Source: Candidatus Poribacteria bacterium (lineage in GTDB: Bacteria > Poribacteria > WGA-4E > PCPOR2b). From it: DNA of 64,000 bases. Positions 39,604 through 48,423 of the stretch are shown piece by piece. Made by a program: the position numbers and the translations under genes. Below the pieces are notes generated by a model. It was not told the origin of the DNA. It did not search any database and worked only from the letters and a program-made list of their open reading frames with translations. The stretch lies in contig OZ242351.1 of the NCBI GenBank assembly GCA_965208675.1, positions 4,160,001 to 4,224,000 on the forward strand, in the 5' to 3' direction. Positions within the stretch are counted from its first letter, which is position 1, and each line of letters starts with the position of its first letter.

Positions 39604-42018
39604 TTGGACGCAAACGATGTGTACATCGTCAATCATCAGGAAGAGCTGTATTTGAATAAAACGAGAACTCTCATATATGCTTCACTAACGATATTTCTTC
39701 TCTCTCAATTTGCCGTAGATGCCTCACCGAAAGTGAACACGCGCTTACCTTCTAGTTCTGTTGCTGTGAGCGACGATGCGCTGGCGTCGTTTTTTAATCC
39801 GGCGGGTTTAGGAACGGGGCGTGGTTTTAACCTTTACTACCTGCGGTCCTATCAAAGTGATCCGGTCGGCGATGATGCCTTTTTTATTTCTACGTCGAGA
39901 GCGGGTTTCGGAATGGAATTTGCCAACGCGGGGAATGACATAGATTTCAACCGGTATACGCTGTCGAGTGGAGGGCGCCTTAGCGGTTCCTTATATTGGG
40001 GAACTGGTTATAGCTGGGTGAATTCCGAGGATAAAGATTACGATAAGCTCTCGTCATGGTCTCTGGGATTGATGCTTCGCCGCCAACATCTTTCAGTTGG
40101 CGCCATTGGACGCGATCTCAACCGTCCCCGATTCCGAGGTCATAAACTCGGTAGAATTTACGACTTCGGAATTGCACTTCGTCCAAACACCTCACGAATT
40201 ACGTTCTCTATTGATGCACGAAAAGTCGAGGACGTAAGCGGGCTTGATTTTAGTTGTGCGCTTGAGGTGAGGCCTATCAACGGGTTAACGTTGCGGGGCA
40301 ACCTGAACGACGACAGCAGTTTTGATCTGCGTTTCGGGTTTAATATCGGGCACATGGGGTTGGGAACGTATAACCGTTTCGACGACGTTGGAAAACATCA
40401 AGAAGGGGTGGGGTATTTTCATATCTCCCAAGCACTCCACACAACGCGGTACACGCGGCGTGACATATTCCTTGACGTGCGAATGAGTCAAATCGAAAAA
40501 ACGCTCAAGGCGGCGAAACGGGATTCCGAGGTTGCCGGGGCGTTAATCAGAGTCGGGGGCGGTGACTACGGGTTGGCACGACTACAAGAGATGCTGGATA
40601 TAATCTTGGATTTCCAGTCGGCGGGAAAGAAGGTAATCTGTTACATGATTAACGGTTCGACCGGAAATTACTTGCTGGCGTCGGTATCGGATAAAATTGT
40701 GCTTCACCCGTCGGGCGAGGTGCGTTTGATTGGGTTGCGATCCGAGGTTTCGTTCTACAAAGGCGTATTGGACAAACTTGGAGTTCGCGCGGATTTAGAA
40801 CACATCGGCGAATTCAAATCGGCGTCCGATCTCTTCACGCGTACGGATATGTCAGAATCGCATCGCGAAATGCTAGAATCCATATTAGATGACCTATACG
40901 ATCAGTTGACCCAATTAGTAGCGGAAGGGCGCAATTTTGCCCAAGAAGAGGTGAAGCAACTCATAGATAGAGGGCCGTTTACTGCGAAACAGGCGTTGGA
41001 AAATGGACTTGTAGATGAGCTTGCCTACCGGGATGAATTGAAGGATATTGCCAAAGCGTTGACAGGAAAGCGCCACCGCTTGGTGAAGGCAAAATCGTAT
41101 TTGGATACTGATGAGTACACTTACGAATGGGAATCGCCGCTGCCGAAGATTGCTATCGTCGAAGCAAAAGGAATGATGGTGACGGGCGAGAGTTTCACGG
41201 ATCCAATCACTGGATCAAAGACCATGGGCGCCGCTACCATCGCCCGAGCTATCAAAGCTACGCGCAAGGATTCCTCAATCAAAGCGGTCGTGCTGCGCAT
41301 TGATAGCGGCGGCGGGTTGGTCATAGCCGCAGATAGAATTTGGCGGGAGCTAATTCGCCTGAAATCCGTCAAGCCGTTGATTGTTTCAATGGGCGATGTT
41401 GCCGGATCAGGAGGGTACTATATCGCTGTTCCCGCTGACGTGATCGTTGCTGAACCGGGCACAATCACAGGATCAATCGGCGTAATCGGCGGGAAATACA
41501 GCCTCAAAGGGTTTTACAACAAGATTGGGCTTCATAAAGAGATAATCAAGCGTGGAAAACACGCCGACTTTTATACTGACAACAGCGATTATCCAGCCGA
41601 AGAACGCATTATCGTGCAGCGTCAGATTCAAGAAATTTACGACGCGTTCGTAGAGAAAGTGGCGAACGCTCGGAATATGACAAAAGAAGCGGTCGATAAT
41701 TTGGGGCGGGGCCGCATCTGGACAGGCAGGCAAGCGAAAGAACATGGGCTTGTTGACGAGCTTGGCGGATTAGCGCACGCGCTCTCAATTGCGCGAAAGC
41801 ATGCCGGACTAGCGCACAGAGAGGTTCAGCTCGTCCGACTGCCAAAACAGAGCCTGTGGTCGCAGTTTTATCACGCCTTTCATGCAGGTTATAGAACACT
41901 TCAATTACGTGAGGCAGCCTCGCTGGACATGTTTTGGGAATTCTCTCCCCTCGTAGATCTCATCGCAAAGCATCGGACATTTTTGCTAATGCCGTACCAG
42001 ATAACCGCCAATGATTGA
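39604..42018 (+). CDS. sppA: signal peptide peptidase SppA (two S49 lobes) fused to an N-terminal PorV/FadL-like beta-barrel
   Basis: YLLASVSDKI, GEFKSA, LRIDSGGG, VSMGDVAGSGGYYIA, TITGSIGV, GRIWTG; N-terminal ~280 aa with SFFNPAGL and alternating amphipathic strands; real start may be TTG 39652. Confidence 0.9.
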   Translation: MDANDVYIVNHQEELYLNKTRTLIYASLTIFLLSQFAVDASPKVNTRLPSSSVAVSDDALASFFNPAGLGTGRGFNLYYLRSYQSDPVGDDAFFISTSRAGFGMEFANAGNDIDFNRYTLSSGGRLSGSLYWGTGYSWVNSEDKDYDKLSSWSLGLMLRRQHLSVGAIGRDLNRPRFRGHKLGRIYDFGIALRPNTSRITFSIDARKVEDVSGLDFSCALEVRPINGLTLRGNLNDDSSFDLRFGFNIGHMGLGTYNRFDDVGKHQEGVGYFHISQALHTTRYTRRDIFLDVRMSQIEKTLKAAKRDSEVAGALIRVGGGDYGLARLQEMLDIILDFQSAGKKVICYMINGSTGNYLLASVSDKIVLHPSGEVRLIGLRSEVSFYKGVLDKLGVRADLEHIGEFKSASDLFTRTDMSESHREMLESILDDLYDQLTQLVAEGRNFAQEEVKQLIDRGPFTAKQALENGLVDELAYRDELKDIAKALTGKRHRLVKAKSYLDTDEYTYEWESPLPKIAIVEAKGMMVTGESFTDPITGSKTMGAATIARAIKATRKDSSIKAVVLRIDSGGGLVIAADRIWRELIRLKSVKPLIVSMGDVAGSGGYYIAVPADVIVAEPGTITGSIGVIGGKYSLKGFYNKIGLHKEIIKRGKHADFYTDNSDYPAEERIIVQRQIQEIYDAFVEKVANARNMTKEAVDNLGRGRIWTGRQAKEHGLVDELGGLAHALSIARKHAGLAHREVQLVRLPKQSLWSQFYHAFHAGYRTLQLREAASLDMFWEFSPLVDLIAKHRTFLLMPYQITAND

Positions 42019-42160
42019 ATACAGGGTTAGATAAATCGGACGGATAGTGTGTACGATAATTTTTGAGGACTATCGCCTAAGATCCTTATTCGGACGCTTA
42101 ATCTATTCGTGCAGTTAATCGTATTCACCTACGAGAGCGGAATGTAAGCAGGAGATTACG

Positions 42161-42838
42161 ATGCGTTTCCGCGGCAAACAGCAGAAGCATACAAGCCACT
42201 CCACGGCGGATTCCTATACGCACTTGCGTGAAGAGATGGTGCGCGCACAGATTGAAAGGCGTGGAATTAGAAACAACAATGTTTTGCAAGCGATGAGGAA
42301 AGTACCGCGGCATCTGTTCCTGAAGCGCGAATCTATCGACAGCGCTTACGAAGATCATGCGTTGTCAATTGACTGCGGACAGACAATGTCTCAGCCGTAC
42401 ATTGTTGCGCTCATGACCGACCAGCTCGGACTAGATCCGGAATCAAAGGTGCTTGAAATCGGTACCGGCTGTGGTTATCAGACCGCGGTTTTAGCGGAGA
42501 TTATTGATGAGGTATATACTGTTGAGATAATCCCTGAGTTGGCGGAGGCTGCGTGGAAGCGGTTAACGAAACTTGGCTATCAAAATATTCACAAGAAAAT
42601 CGGTAACGGATACTTCGGTTGGGAAGAGCATGCGCCTTTTGACCGGATAATCATTACCGCTGCTCCAAAAAAAGTGCCGGACAACCTCGTCGAACAGTTA
42701 ACGGCGGGCGGGCGGATGGTGGTTCCCGTCGGCGACTTCAATCAAGATTTGGTAATTGTTAGCAAAACAGTTCACGGATTTGAGCGTAAAAAGATTAGCG
42801 ACGTTCGGTTTGTTCCCATGACCTGCCCACCGGAATAG
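42161..42838 (+). CDS. pcm: protein-L-isoaspartate O-methyltransferase
   Basis: VPRHLF, GQTMSQPYIVA, VLEIGTGCGYQTAVL, APFDRII, VRFVPM. Confidence 0.96.
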   Translation: MRFRGKQQKHTSHSTADSYTHLREEMVRAQIERRGIRNNNVLQAMRKVPRHLFLKRESIDSAYEDHALSIDCGQTMSQPYIVALMTDQLGLDPESKVLEIGTGCGYQTAVLAEIIDEVYTVEIIPELAEAAWKRLTKLGYQNIHKKIGNGYFGWEEHAPFDRIIITAAPKKVPDNLVEQLTAGGRMVVPVGDFNQDLVIVSKTVHGFERKKISDVRFVPMTCPPE

Positions 42839-42881
42839 CTATCTAGGGCGCAATCAGACTTGCCTGCGAAGACAGGATGAC

Positions 42882-43442
42882 ATGCTACAATCTCTCCTAC
42901 AAGAACTTCTCAAATTTCTTTCGACATCTGCGGGACACTGGACGCTGCTTGGCGTGGGTTCTTTTATTGCTTTCGCAACGCTCTACCATAAGAAGCGGCA
43001 GATTGAAGATTTCACGGTCAAAGTGATTGAAGATGATTCTTGGTTCATCAACCGCGACGATAACCATAGACTCGCGATTGTTGTCTCCCTTCATCTGATT
43101 AACAAATCCGGGGCTCCCGTCCATGTGTGGAAATGCAAGTTGAGCGGCTATACGCCCAGAGACAACCCGCCGCGGTTTGTACTGAATGGCTATGACAGAA
43201 CAATCGAACTCGAACACCCTAAGTACGACCATTTTTACGCCGGACAAGAATACGTCGTCAACCCGTACAGCGAGCAGCGAATGTGGGCGTATTATGAGTC
43301 GCGGGCAGTGACGTTAAGCAATTTACTGCGTGCTCCGATTGTCATCAAGGACGCGAATCGTAAACGAAAATCGGTGCCGGTTAAAATTCCCCGAAACGCA
43401 CAACAGATTGAACTTTATAACGAGGCATCAAGGCGGTGGTGA
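42882..43442 (+). CDS. hypothetical single-pass membrane protein
   Basis: 186-aa ORF with AGGA RBS, N-terminal TM helix, beta-rich C-terminal domain. Confidence 0.7.
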   Translation: MLQSLLQELLKFLSTSAGHWTLLGVGSFIAFATLYHKKRQIEDFTVKVIEDDSWFINRDDNHRLAIVVSLHLINKSGAPVHVWKCKLSGYTPRDNPPRFVLNGYDRTIELEHPKYDHFYAGQEYVVNPYSEQRMWAYYESRAVTLSNLLRAPIVIKDANRKRKSVPVKIPRNAQQIELYNEASRRW

Positions 43443-43537
43443 TTGGGGAGAATTATGATGCGCACGTATCGATTGGTTCTAATATTTCTTCTTTGGCGAG
43501 ATTTGCAAGGTGGGCGAATTGTCCAACCGTCAACCGA

Positions 43538-43823
43538 ATGTCACAAAACCTCACACCATGTCACAATTTGTGAGGCAGGTTGTGACATTTTTCTTTCTCG
43601 GTTAGAGATCTACGTGAACCCGCTTGTGGTACGGGTTTAAAGGAAATCGAATGAGATGAATTCGCGGTGCGGAATGTCACATTATATCACAATCTGTGAT
43701 GCAGGTTGTGATACGACAATTGGTCCGGCGGGATCGTCTTAAACCCGCTTGTGGTAAGGGTTTATATGATATTTTGATTTTTGAAAAATCATCGGATGTC
43801 ACAAAACCTCACAAAATGCCACA
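43538..43823. repeat. ~126-bp-period array (about 2.3 units) of phased TCACA/TGTGA boxes and AACCCGCTTGTGGTAMGGGTTT hairpins
   Basis: ATGTCACAAAACCTCACA at 43538 and 43796; TCACAATYTGTGAKGCAGGTTGTGA at 43561 and 43687; AACCCGCTTGTGGTAMGGGTTTA at 43617 and 43742. Confidence 0.85.
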
Positions 43824-43976
43824 CATTTTGCCTGAATCTGGATTTACAAGACTGAATTAATTAGTTTCAATTTATAATCCGGATATTCCTTCTAACCTGA
43901 GCGTTTTCATTCAGAAACTCCACACCAAAGGTGTACGTCCCCCTCCACGAGAAAATAGCGCGCCTTAGTGTCTGTA

Positions 43977-44005
43977 ATTATATCGACACTTGTTTACGTT
44001 GTCAA
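43977..44005 (-). promoter_or_regulatory. consensus sigma-70 promoter pointing into the non-coding repeat array
   Basis: Minus strand TTGACA (44000-44005), 17 bp, TATAAT (43977-43982). Confidence 0.65.
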
Positions 44006-44082
44006 GGTGTTTTTAACTGCGAGTTAAATCGGTTCCGCCAAAATCAATGCGGCATTCTGTCTGAATCAGGATTTGCAGGATT

Positions 44083-44341
44083 GTAGGTTGGGTTGAGCGG
44101 AATTCACGAAATAATGTACATGTTTACGTTCCGCTCTAAGAGCTTTACGACGAACAAAATCTGATGCACGGAGAACCCGAAGACCAGTTAGGACTATCGT
44201 GCTCCCAATTCAGTCGCTTGATCTATTCGTTCAGTTAATCGTTGGGTTACGCTATATCAATTGTAAGTTTTTATGCAATCAAGGCACGAAACGCATGCGA
44301 AATACCGAGATTTTTCGTCAACGCGGCATAACGCAACCTAC
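44083..44341. repeat. REP/REPIN-like element (GTAGGTTGGGTTGAGCG ... CGCAACCTAC)
   Basis: Imperfect inverted ends starting with GTAG; internal GTTGGGTTACGCT arm at ~44241; related copy at 51376-51502. Confidence 0.65.
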
Positions 44342-44383
44342 AAAATTTTTAAAGCGGCAGACAACGTGAAAACTTAGCGTAGT

Positions 44384-46216
44384 TCAAAACCGAAGATGCT
44401 TATTAAACCAATCGAGCGTCCGTGACCATCGATCTCGAATATGTTCCTTTTTGCGGAGACAATGCTCTTCCCCTTTGTAAACGATGTACTCAACTTTTTT
44501 GCCCGCGCTTCTAAGATAGGTGGCATAGAGTTCTGCGTCTTCTTGGTGGTCTAATTCCCCATTTAGAAGTAATACCGGTGCACTCACATTTTGAGCATAA
44601 GTAATCGGGGAAAGTTGTTTATATACGTTAGGCACTTCCCATGGCATCCCGTTTAACTCTTCAACGCAGACGGAAAGAGCCATCGTCTGGATTCCTATCC
44701 ACAGCCGATAGTCGTAAGTCCCTCCAATCAACGCTGCGGCGCGGAAGCACTTGCTATTGCCAATGGCGTATGCGCCAAGCGAGGCGCCGTTACTAAAGCC
44801 ATGAACACCAATTTTTTCCGGGTCGCAAAGATGGTCTTGAATTAACCACTCAACGCCAGACATAAAATCTTTATAATCGAGCTCGTCGGTCGGAGGCTGA
44901 CACCAGTTGTATTGCTGGCTACCACGCATAACCGGAGCGAAAACCTGGTATCCTTGAGCGGCTAACCAGTGCCATGCCGGCTCAAAAACATATTCTCCGC
45001 CAAGGGTGGGGCCACTGTGCAAATCGACAATTGTAGGATGGGTTTTCCCAATAGATTGTCCCTTTGGAGGCAGCAGCAAGCCCTCTAAGGTTAAGCCATC
45101 AAAAGACTTCCAGGAGACAACCTCAATGTTCGACAATTCATATTGAGCAATTATATCGCTGAATTGTGTGAGTTTCTTTCGCTGGTTGTCATTTCTTGAA
45201 AGCAGAAACAACTCAGCCAGCGTCTGAGGGCTTTCATGGCTGTACAGCAGCACATTTCCGTCCTTGCTGACACCGTGGATTTTGTTTGTGCCGAGTCGGT
45301 CTGAGATTTGTTCAGTTTTTCCTGTAATTATGTCAATGCTGAAAATACTTCTTGTCATACCATTTACACCGCTACAGTTCAGCGTTTGGCTATTAGGTAA
45401 CCAACGAATATCCGTCACATAGAATTCATCGCCCAACATGCGAATCTCTTTTTTATCTTTATCCATGAGACCGCACAGATGGCGGACTGCACTACCATAA
45501 GGATAGGGGCAATAGGAAAAAGCCAGTGTTCTCCCATCAGGAGCCCATGCGGGATTGGAAATTTCCCGTTTGCTCGGTTCGATTCGGGTCTGTTGTTGGT
45601 TAGTTTGAATGTCAATGTCAAACAAGCGATAGAAATAGTCGTAGATTCCCTCTTTTTCAAACCAACTTGCGACGGTAATTAGCCTTCCGTCCGGGTGCCA
45701 CCCAACAGAATCGAACCGTTCGCCAGGTTCTGATTCCGTTGAAAATATGACATCGCCCGTTACATAATCTATTATGTTCAACACGCTCCCGTGCAATGGC
45801 GGCGCCGGGCGAACGTTGATGATTGTATCAAAGTCGGGTATTTCTACGGTATCAGGTTTCGGAAACTGTTTTGAACTAACAGTAGCAAGAATTTGACCAT
45901 CGTGCGACCATTCAATCAAGTTAACATGTCCAATCTGAGGACTAACTTGACGGTCTGATTGGTCTGCGGTGTAAATCCAGATGCCGTTGGTCTCCGGTTT
46001 TCGGAAGGCAAACGTCCGTGGATTGACCGGTGACCATTTTGGCAGAGTCCCATCAAAAAGCGCTATATCGGTGCCCATGGCAACTTCAATGAGGTGAATC
46101 CGGCCTTCAAAGACGTAAGCAACACGATTGCCGTCGCATGACAAATCGCTTGACCCAACCCTTGAATATGGGGACGACACTACATCATCAAGAGAGATTG
46201 GTCTATGCTTATTCAT
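44384..46216 (-). CDS. S9 family peptidase (acylaminoacyl/dipeptidyl peptidase) with TolB-like propeller
   Basis: WSHDG/WAPDG repeats; HSGP, GFSNG nucleophile, LLLNGELD, YKGEEH. Confidence 0.9.
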   Translation of the reverse strand: MNKHRPISLDDVVSSPYSRVGSSDLSCDGNRVAYVFEGRIHLIEVAMGTDIALFDGTLPKWSPVNPRTFAFRKPETNGIWIYTADQSDRQVSPQIGHVNLIEWSHDGQILATVSSKQFPKPDTVEIPDFDTIINVRPAPPLHGSVLNIIDYVTGDVIFSTESEPGERFDSVGWHPDGRLITVASWFEKEGIYDYFYRLFDIDIQTNQQQTRIEPSKREISNPAWAPDGRTLAFSYCPYPYGSAVRHLCGLMDKDKKEIRMLGDEFYVTDIRWLPNSQTLNCSGVNGMTRSIFSIDIITGKTEQISDRLGTNKIHGVSKDGNVLLYSHESPQTLAELFLLSRNDNQRKKLTQFSDIIAQYELSNIEVVSWKSFDGLTLEGLLLPPKGQSIGKTHPTIVDLHSGPTLGGEYVFEPAWHWLAAQGYQVFAPVMRGSQQYNWCQPPTDELDYKDFMSGVEWLIQDHLCDPEKIGVHGFSNGASLGAYAIGNSKCFRAAALIGGTYDYRLWIGIQTMALSVCVEELNGMPWEVPNVYKQLSPITYAQNVSAPVLLLNGELDHQEDAELYATYLRSAGKKVEYIVYKGEEHCLRKKEHIRDRWSRTLDWFNKHLRF

Positions 46217-46392
46217 ATCAGTCCTTTGGCACTTGTTATATTAAGCCCTGAATTTCGCGGGTTGAAGTGAGCTGTTCATTCGGGTTAGAAAGCTTCCATA
46301 ACGAATAGTGGTGTGCCATTTAAACTTCAAATACGTTGGTGAGGGTAGGAGTAAGAAGTTTGCTGTCCGTTGGAAGTTATGTTAAATTAAAC

Positions 46393-47283
46393 CTATTTTC
46401 GGCGCGAGAGATATGATGACAGGGCGTAATCGAATGGCGTTGATGTGTCGATTTGTACGTAGTCAATTAAGCTGGAACCGCATCCCCGCCGATAATCTTG
46501 AATGAATGATTTGAGTTGTTCTAGATAACCGGTTTTAAGCGCCTCCGACTGCGTTTGCAGTGTTTTGCCTGTCTCCATATCTTGGAAGACTACGGGCCCT
46601 TCGAACGGAAATGTCATCTCTGCGCTATCAAGCAAGTGAAAAACGATGACCTCGTGCTTACGATGGCGGAAATGCTTGAGCGCGGAAAGCACCTCGGACG
46701 GCTGGTCAAGGAAGTCGGAGATGACAATCACTAATCCGCGGCGAACAATCCGCTTGGCGAGTTCGTGAAGGATAGCGCTGATATTCGTCTCATTTCCCGC
46801 TTGCGCTTTTTCGAGGACAGACATGATAGCGTGCAAATGGGGCGCTGCCCCTCGAGGCGGAATGTAGTTTCGGATATTTGAGTCGAAAATCGCCAATCCG
46901 ACTGAATCTCGTTGTTTTAGCATTAGGTAGGAAAGCGACGCAGCGAGGTAGCAACCGTACTCAAACTTGGTTAGCGTTTTCTCATCGTATTTATAGTTCA
47001 TAGAGCCGCTCGCATCGAGCAATATATAGGTACGGAGGTTTGTTTCTTCTTCAAATTTTTTGACATAGTAGCGATCCGATTTTCCGTACACTTTCCAATC
47101 AATATAACGGATTTCGTCGCCGGGCATGTATTGGCGATGTTCGGCAAATTCAACACTGAAGCCTTGATAGGGGCTTTTGTGCAGACCCGTGATGAAACCC
47201 TCCACGACAAGACGAGCAACTAACTCCATGTCGCCCAATCGAGACAGCGCGACCGGATCTAGGTATTTATGAGATGTTCTCAT
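46393..47283 (-). CDS. DUF58 family protein (MoxR-associated, vWA-like)
   Basis: GLHKSPYQGFSVEFAEHRQYMPGD..IDWK, YVKKFEEETN, LDASGSM, VISDF. Confidence 0.95.
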   Translation of the reverse strand: MRTSHKYLDPVALSRLGDMELVARLVVEGFITGLHKSPYQGFSVEFAEHRQYMPGDEIRYIDWKVYGKSDRYYVKKFEEETNLRTYILLDASGSMNYKYDEKTLTKFEYGCYLAASLSYLMLKQRDSVGLAIFDSNIRNYIPPRGAAPHLHAIMSVLEKAQAGNETNISAILHELAKRIVRRGLVIVISDFLDQPSEVLSALKHFRHRKHEVIVFHLLDSAEMTFPFEGPVVFQDMETGKTLQTQSEALKTGYLEQLKSFIQDYRRGCGSSLIDYVQIDTSTPFDYALSSYLSRRK

Positions 47284-47321
47284 TGTGACTCCAAAATTAT
47301 TGACAATTGAAAAGATGCGGC

Positions 47322-48176
47322 CTACGGCTCTGTCGATTGATTATTGGCGGTTTCTTCAAGCTGATGATTTAACCTTTCTACGTAACGCCTCGCCGTTGAA
47401 AAGACCATGTCCAACGTTGCGATATCGCGTGCTTCGAGACGGGTGCGTGAAAATACGCGCCTCAACGAGCGCAGATACGTCTCCCAATCATGATTGTACG
47501 GCGAAACGCCAATTAGATTCAGTAGTTCAATTACGCGATTGTAAAACGCTTCAACCTCACCTATCTCAGCATAATTCAGTTCGGCGGGTGGAATATCGCC
47601 TGCACTAGCGAGGAAGATTTCGTAGGCGAAGATTTGTACAGCTTGCGCTAAGTTCAAAGATGGGTTTTTGGTCGCCATCGGTATGCTCGCCGTCAATTGG
47701 CAACGGCTAATGTGATGGGTGGATAAGCCAAAATCCTCACGGCCGAAAAGCAGCGCGACCGGTTGGTTTTGAGAAATTGCGGCAATCTCGTGTGCCGCTT
47801 CTCTTGCGGGTGCGGCGGGTGGCAACTTGGGGTCGCGGAGCCGATGGGTTGTGCCAACTACAAAGTGAATTCCACCGAGCGCCTCTTCAATCGTTTCGAC
47901 GACGCAGCAGTTTTCGACAATTTCGGCGGCGCCGTGTGCCATATACCATGTTGCGTCGACATCCAAAAATGGTACGGGGTTTACCAGATAGAACTGCGAC
48001 AATCCCATTCCTTTTATCACGCGAGCGACGGATCCAATATTGCCCGGCTCTCTCGGCTCAAGCAGGATGATTCTAATGTTTTTCAGATTGCTCGGCACGT
48101 TTACATCTATGGCACGGTAACGAGCGGTAGATTCGGTTGGCTGCGGTTCATCGGTAAAATTGGGGTTTGTTGTCAT
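47322..48176 (-). CDS. trmJ: TrmJ/TrmH-family SPOUT tRNA/rRNA methyltransferase
   Basis: PGNIGSVAR, LLFGREDFGL, SLNLAQAV. Confidence 0.88.
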   Translation of the reverse strand: MTTNPNFTDEPQPTESTARYRAIDVNVPSNLKNIRIILLEPREPGNIGSVARVIKGMGLSQFYLVNPVPFLDVDATWYMAHGAAEIVENCCVVETIEEALGGIHFVVGTTHRLRDPKLPPAAPAREAAHEIAAISQNQPVALLFGREDFGLSTHHISRCQLTASIPMATKNPSLNLAQAVQIFAYEIFLASAGDIPPAELNYAEIGEVEAFYNRVIELLNLIGVSPYNHDWETYLRSLRRVFSRTRLEARDIATLDMVFSTARRYVERLNHQLEETANNQSTEP

Positions 48177-48423
48177 CAGGAGGTTTTTGCGTTAATTTAC
48201 ACCAGCCGCGGAGATGGTTTACACATTACTCTTGTATCAATTAGGTTTTGGTAATGCAAGCCGACAGGCTTGGAGAAGCAGTTTCGATATGAGGCTCGGT
48301 TAAAGAAACCGTGATTTCAAGAAAAATCTCGGTTTCAAATTACATTTTTTATGATAAACGAGCAATGGAGTAATTGGGACACCGGGGTTTACTATTGGTT
48401 GAGGCGAATCTACTTTATTATTT

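Noticed and set aside
43443-43640. 65-aa ORF overlapping the array
   Set aside because: No family motif; the second repeat unit does not keep the frame
43561-43712. CRP/FNR sites
   Set aside because: Half-sites are arranged TCACA-N3-TGTGA and as direct repeats, not TGTGA-N6-TCACA
43538-43823. CRISPR array
   Set aside because: Only about 2.3 units, two alternating repeat types, imperfect copies and no cas genes in the window; kept as an unexplained array
5857-47283. RDD, SpoIIM, MoxR and DUF58 as one novel system
   Set aside because: Their association is already known, and here they are scattered over 40 kb in separate transcription units
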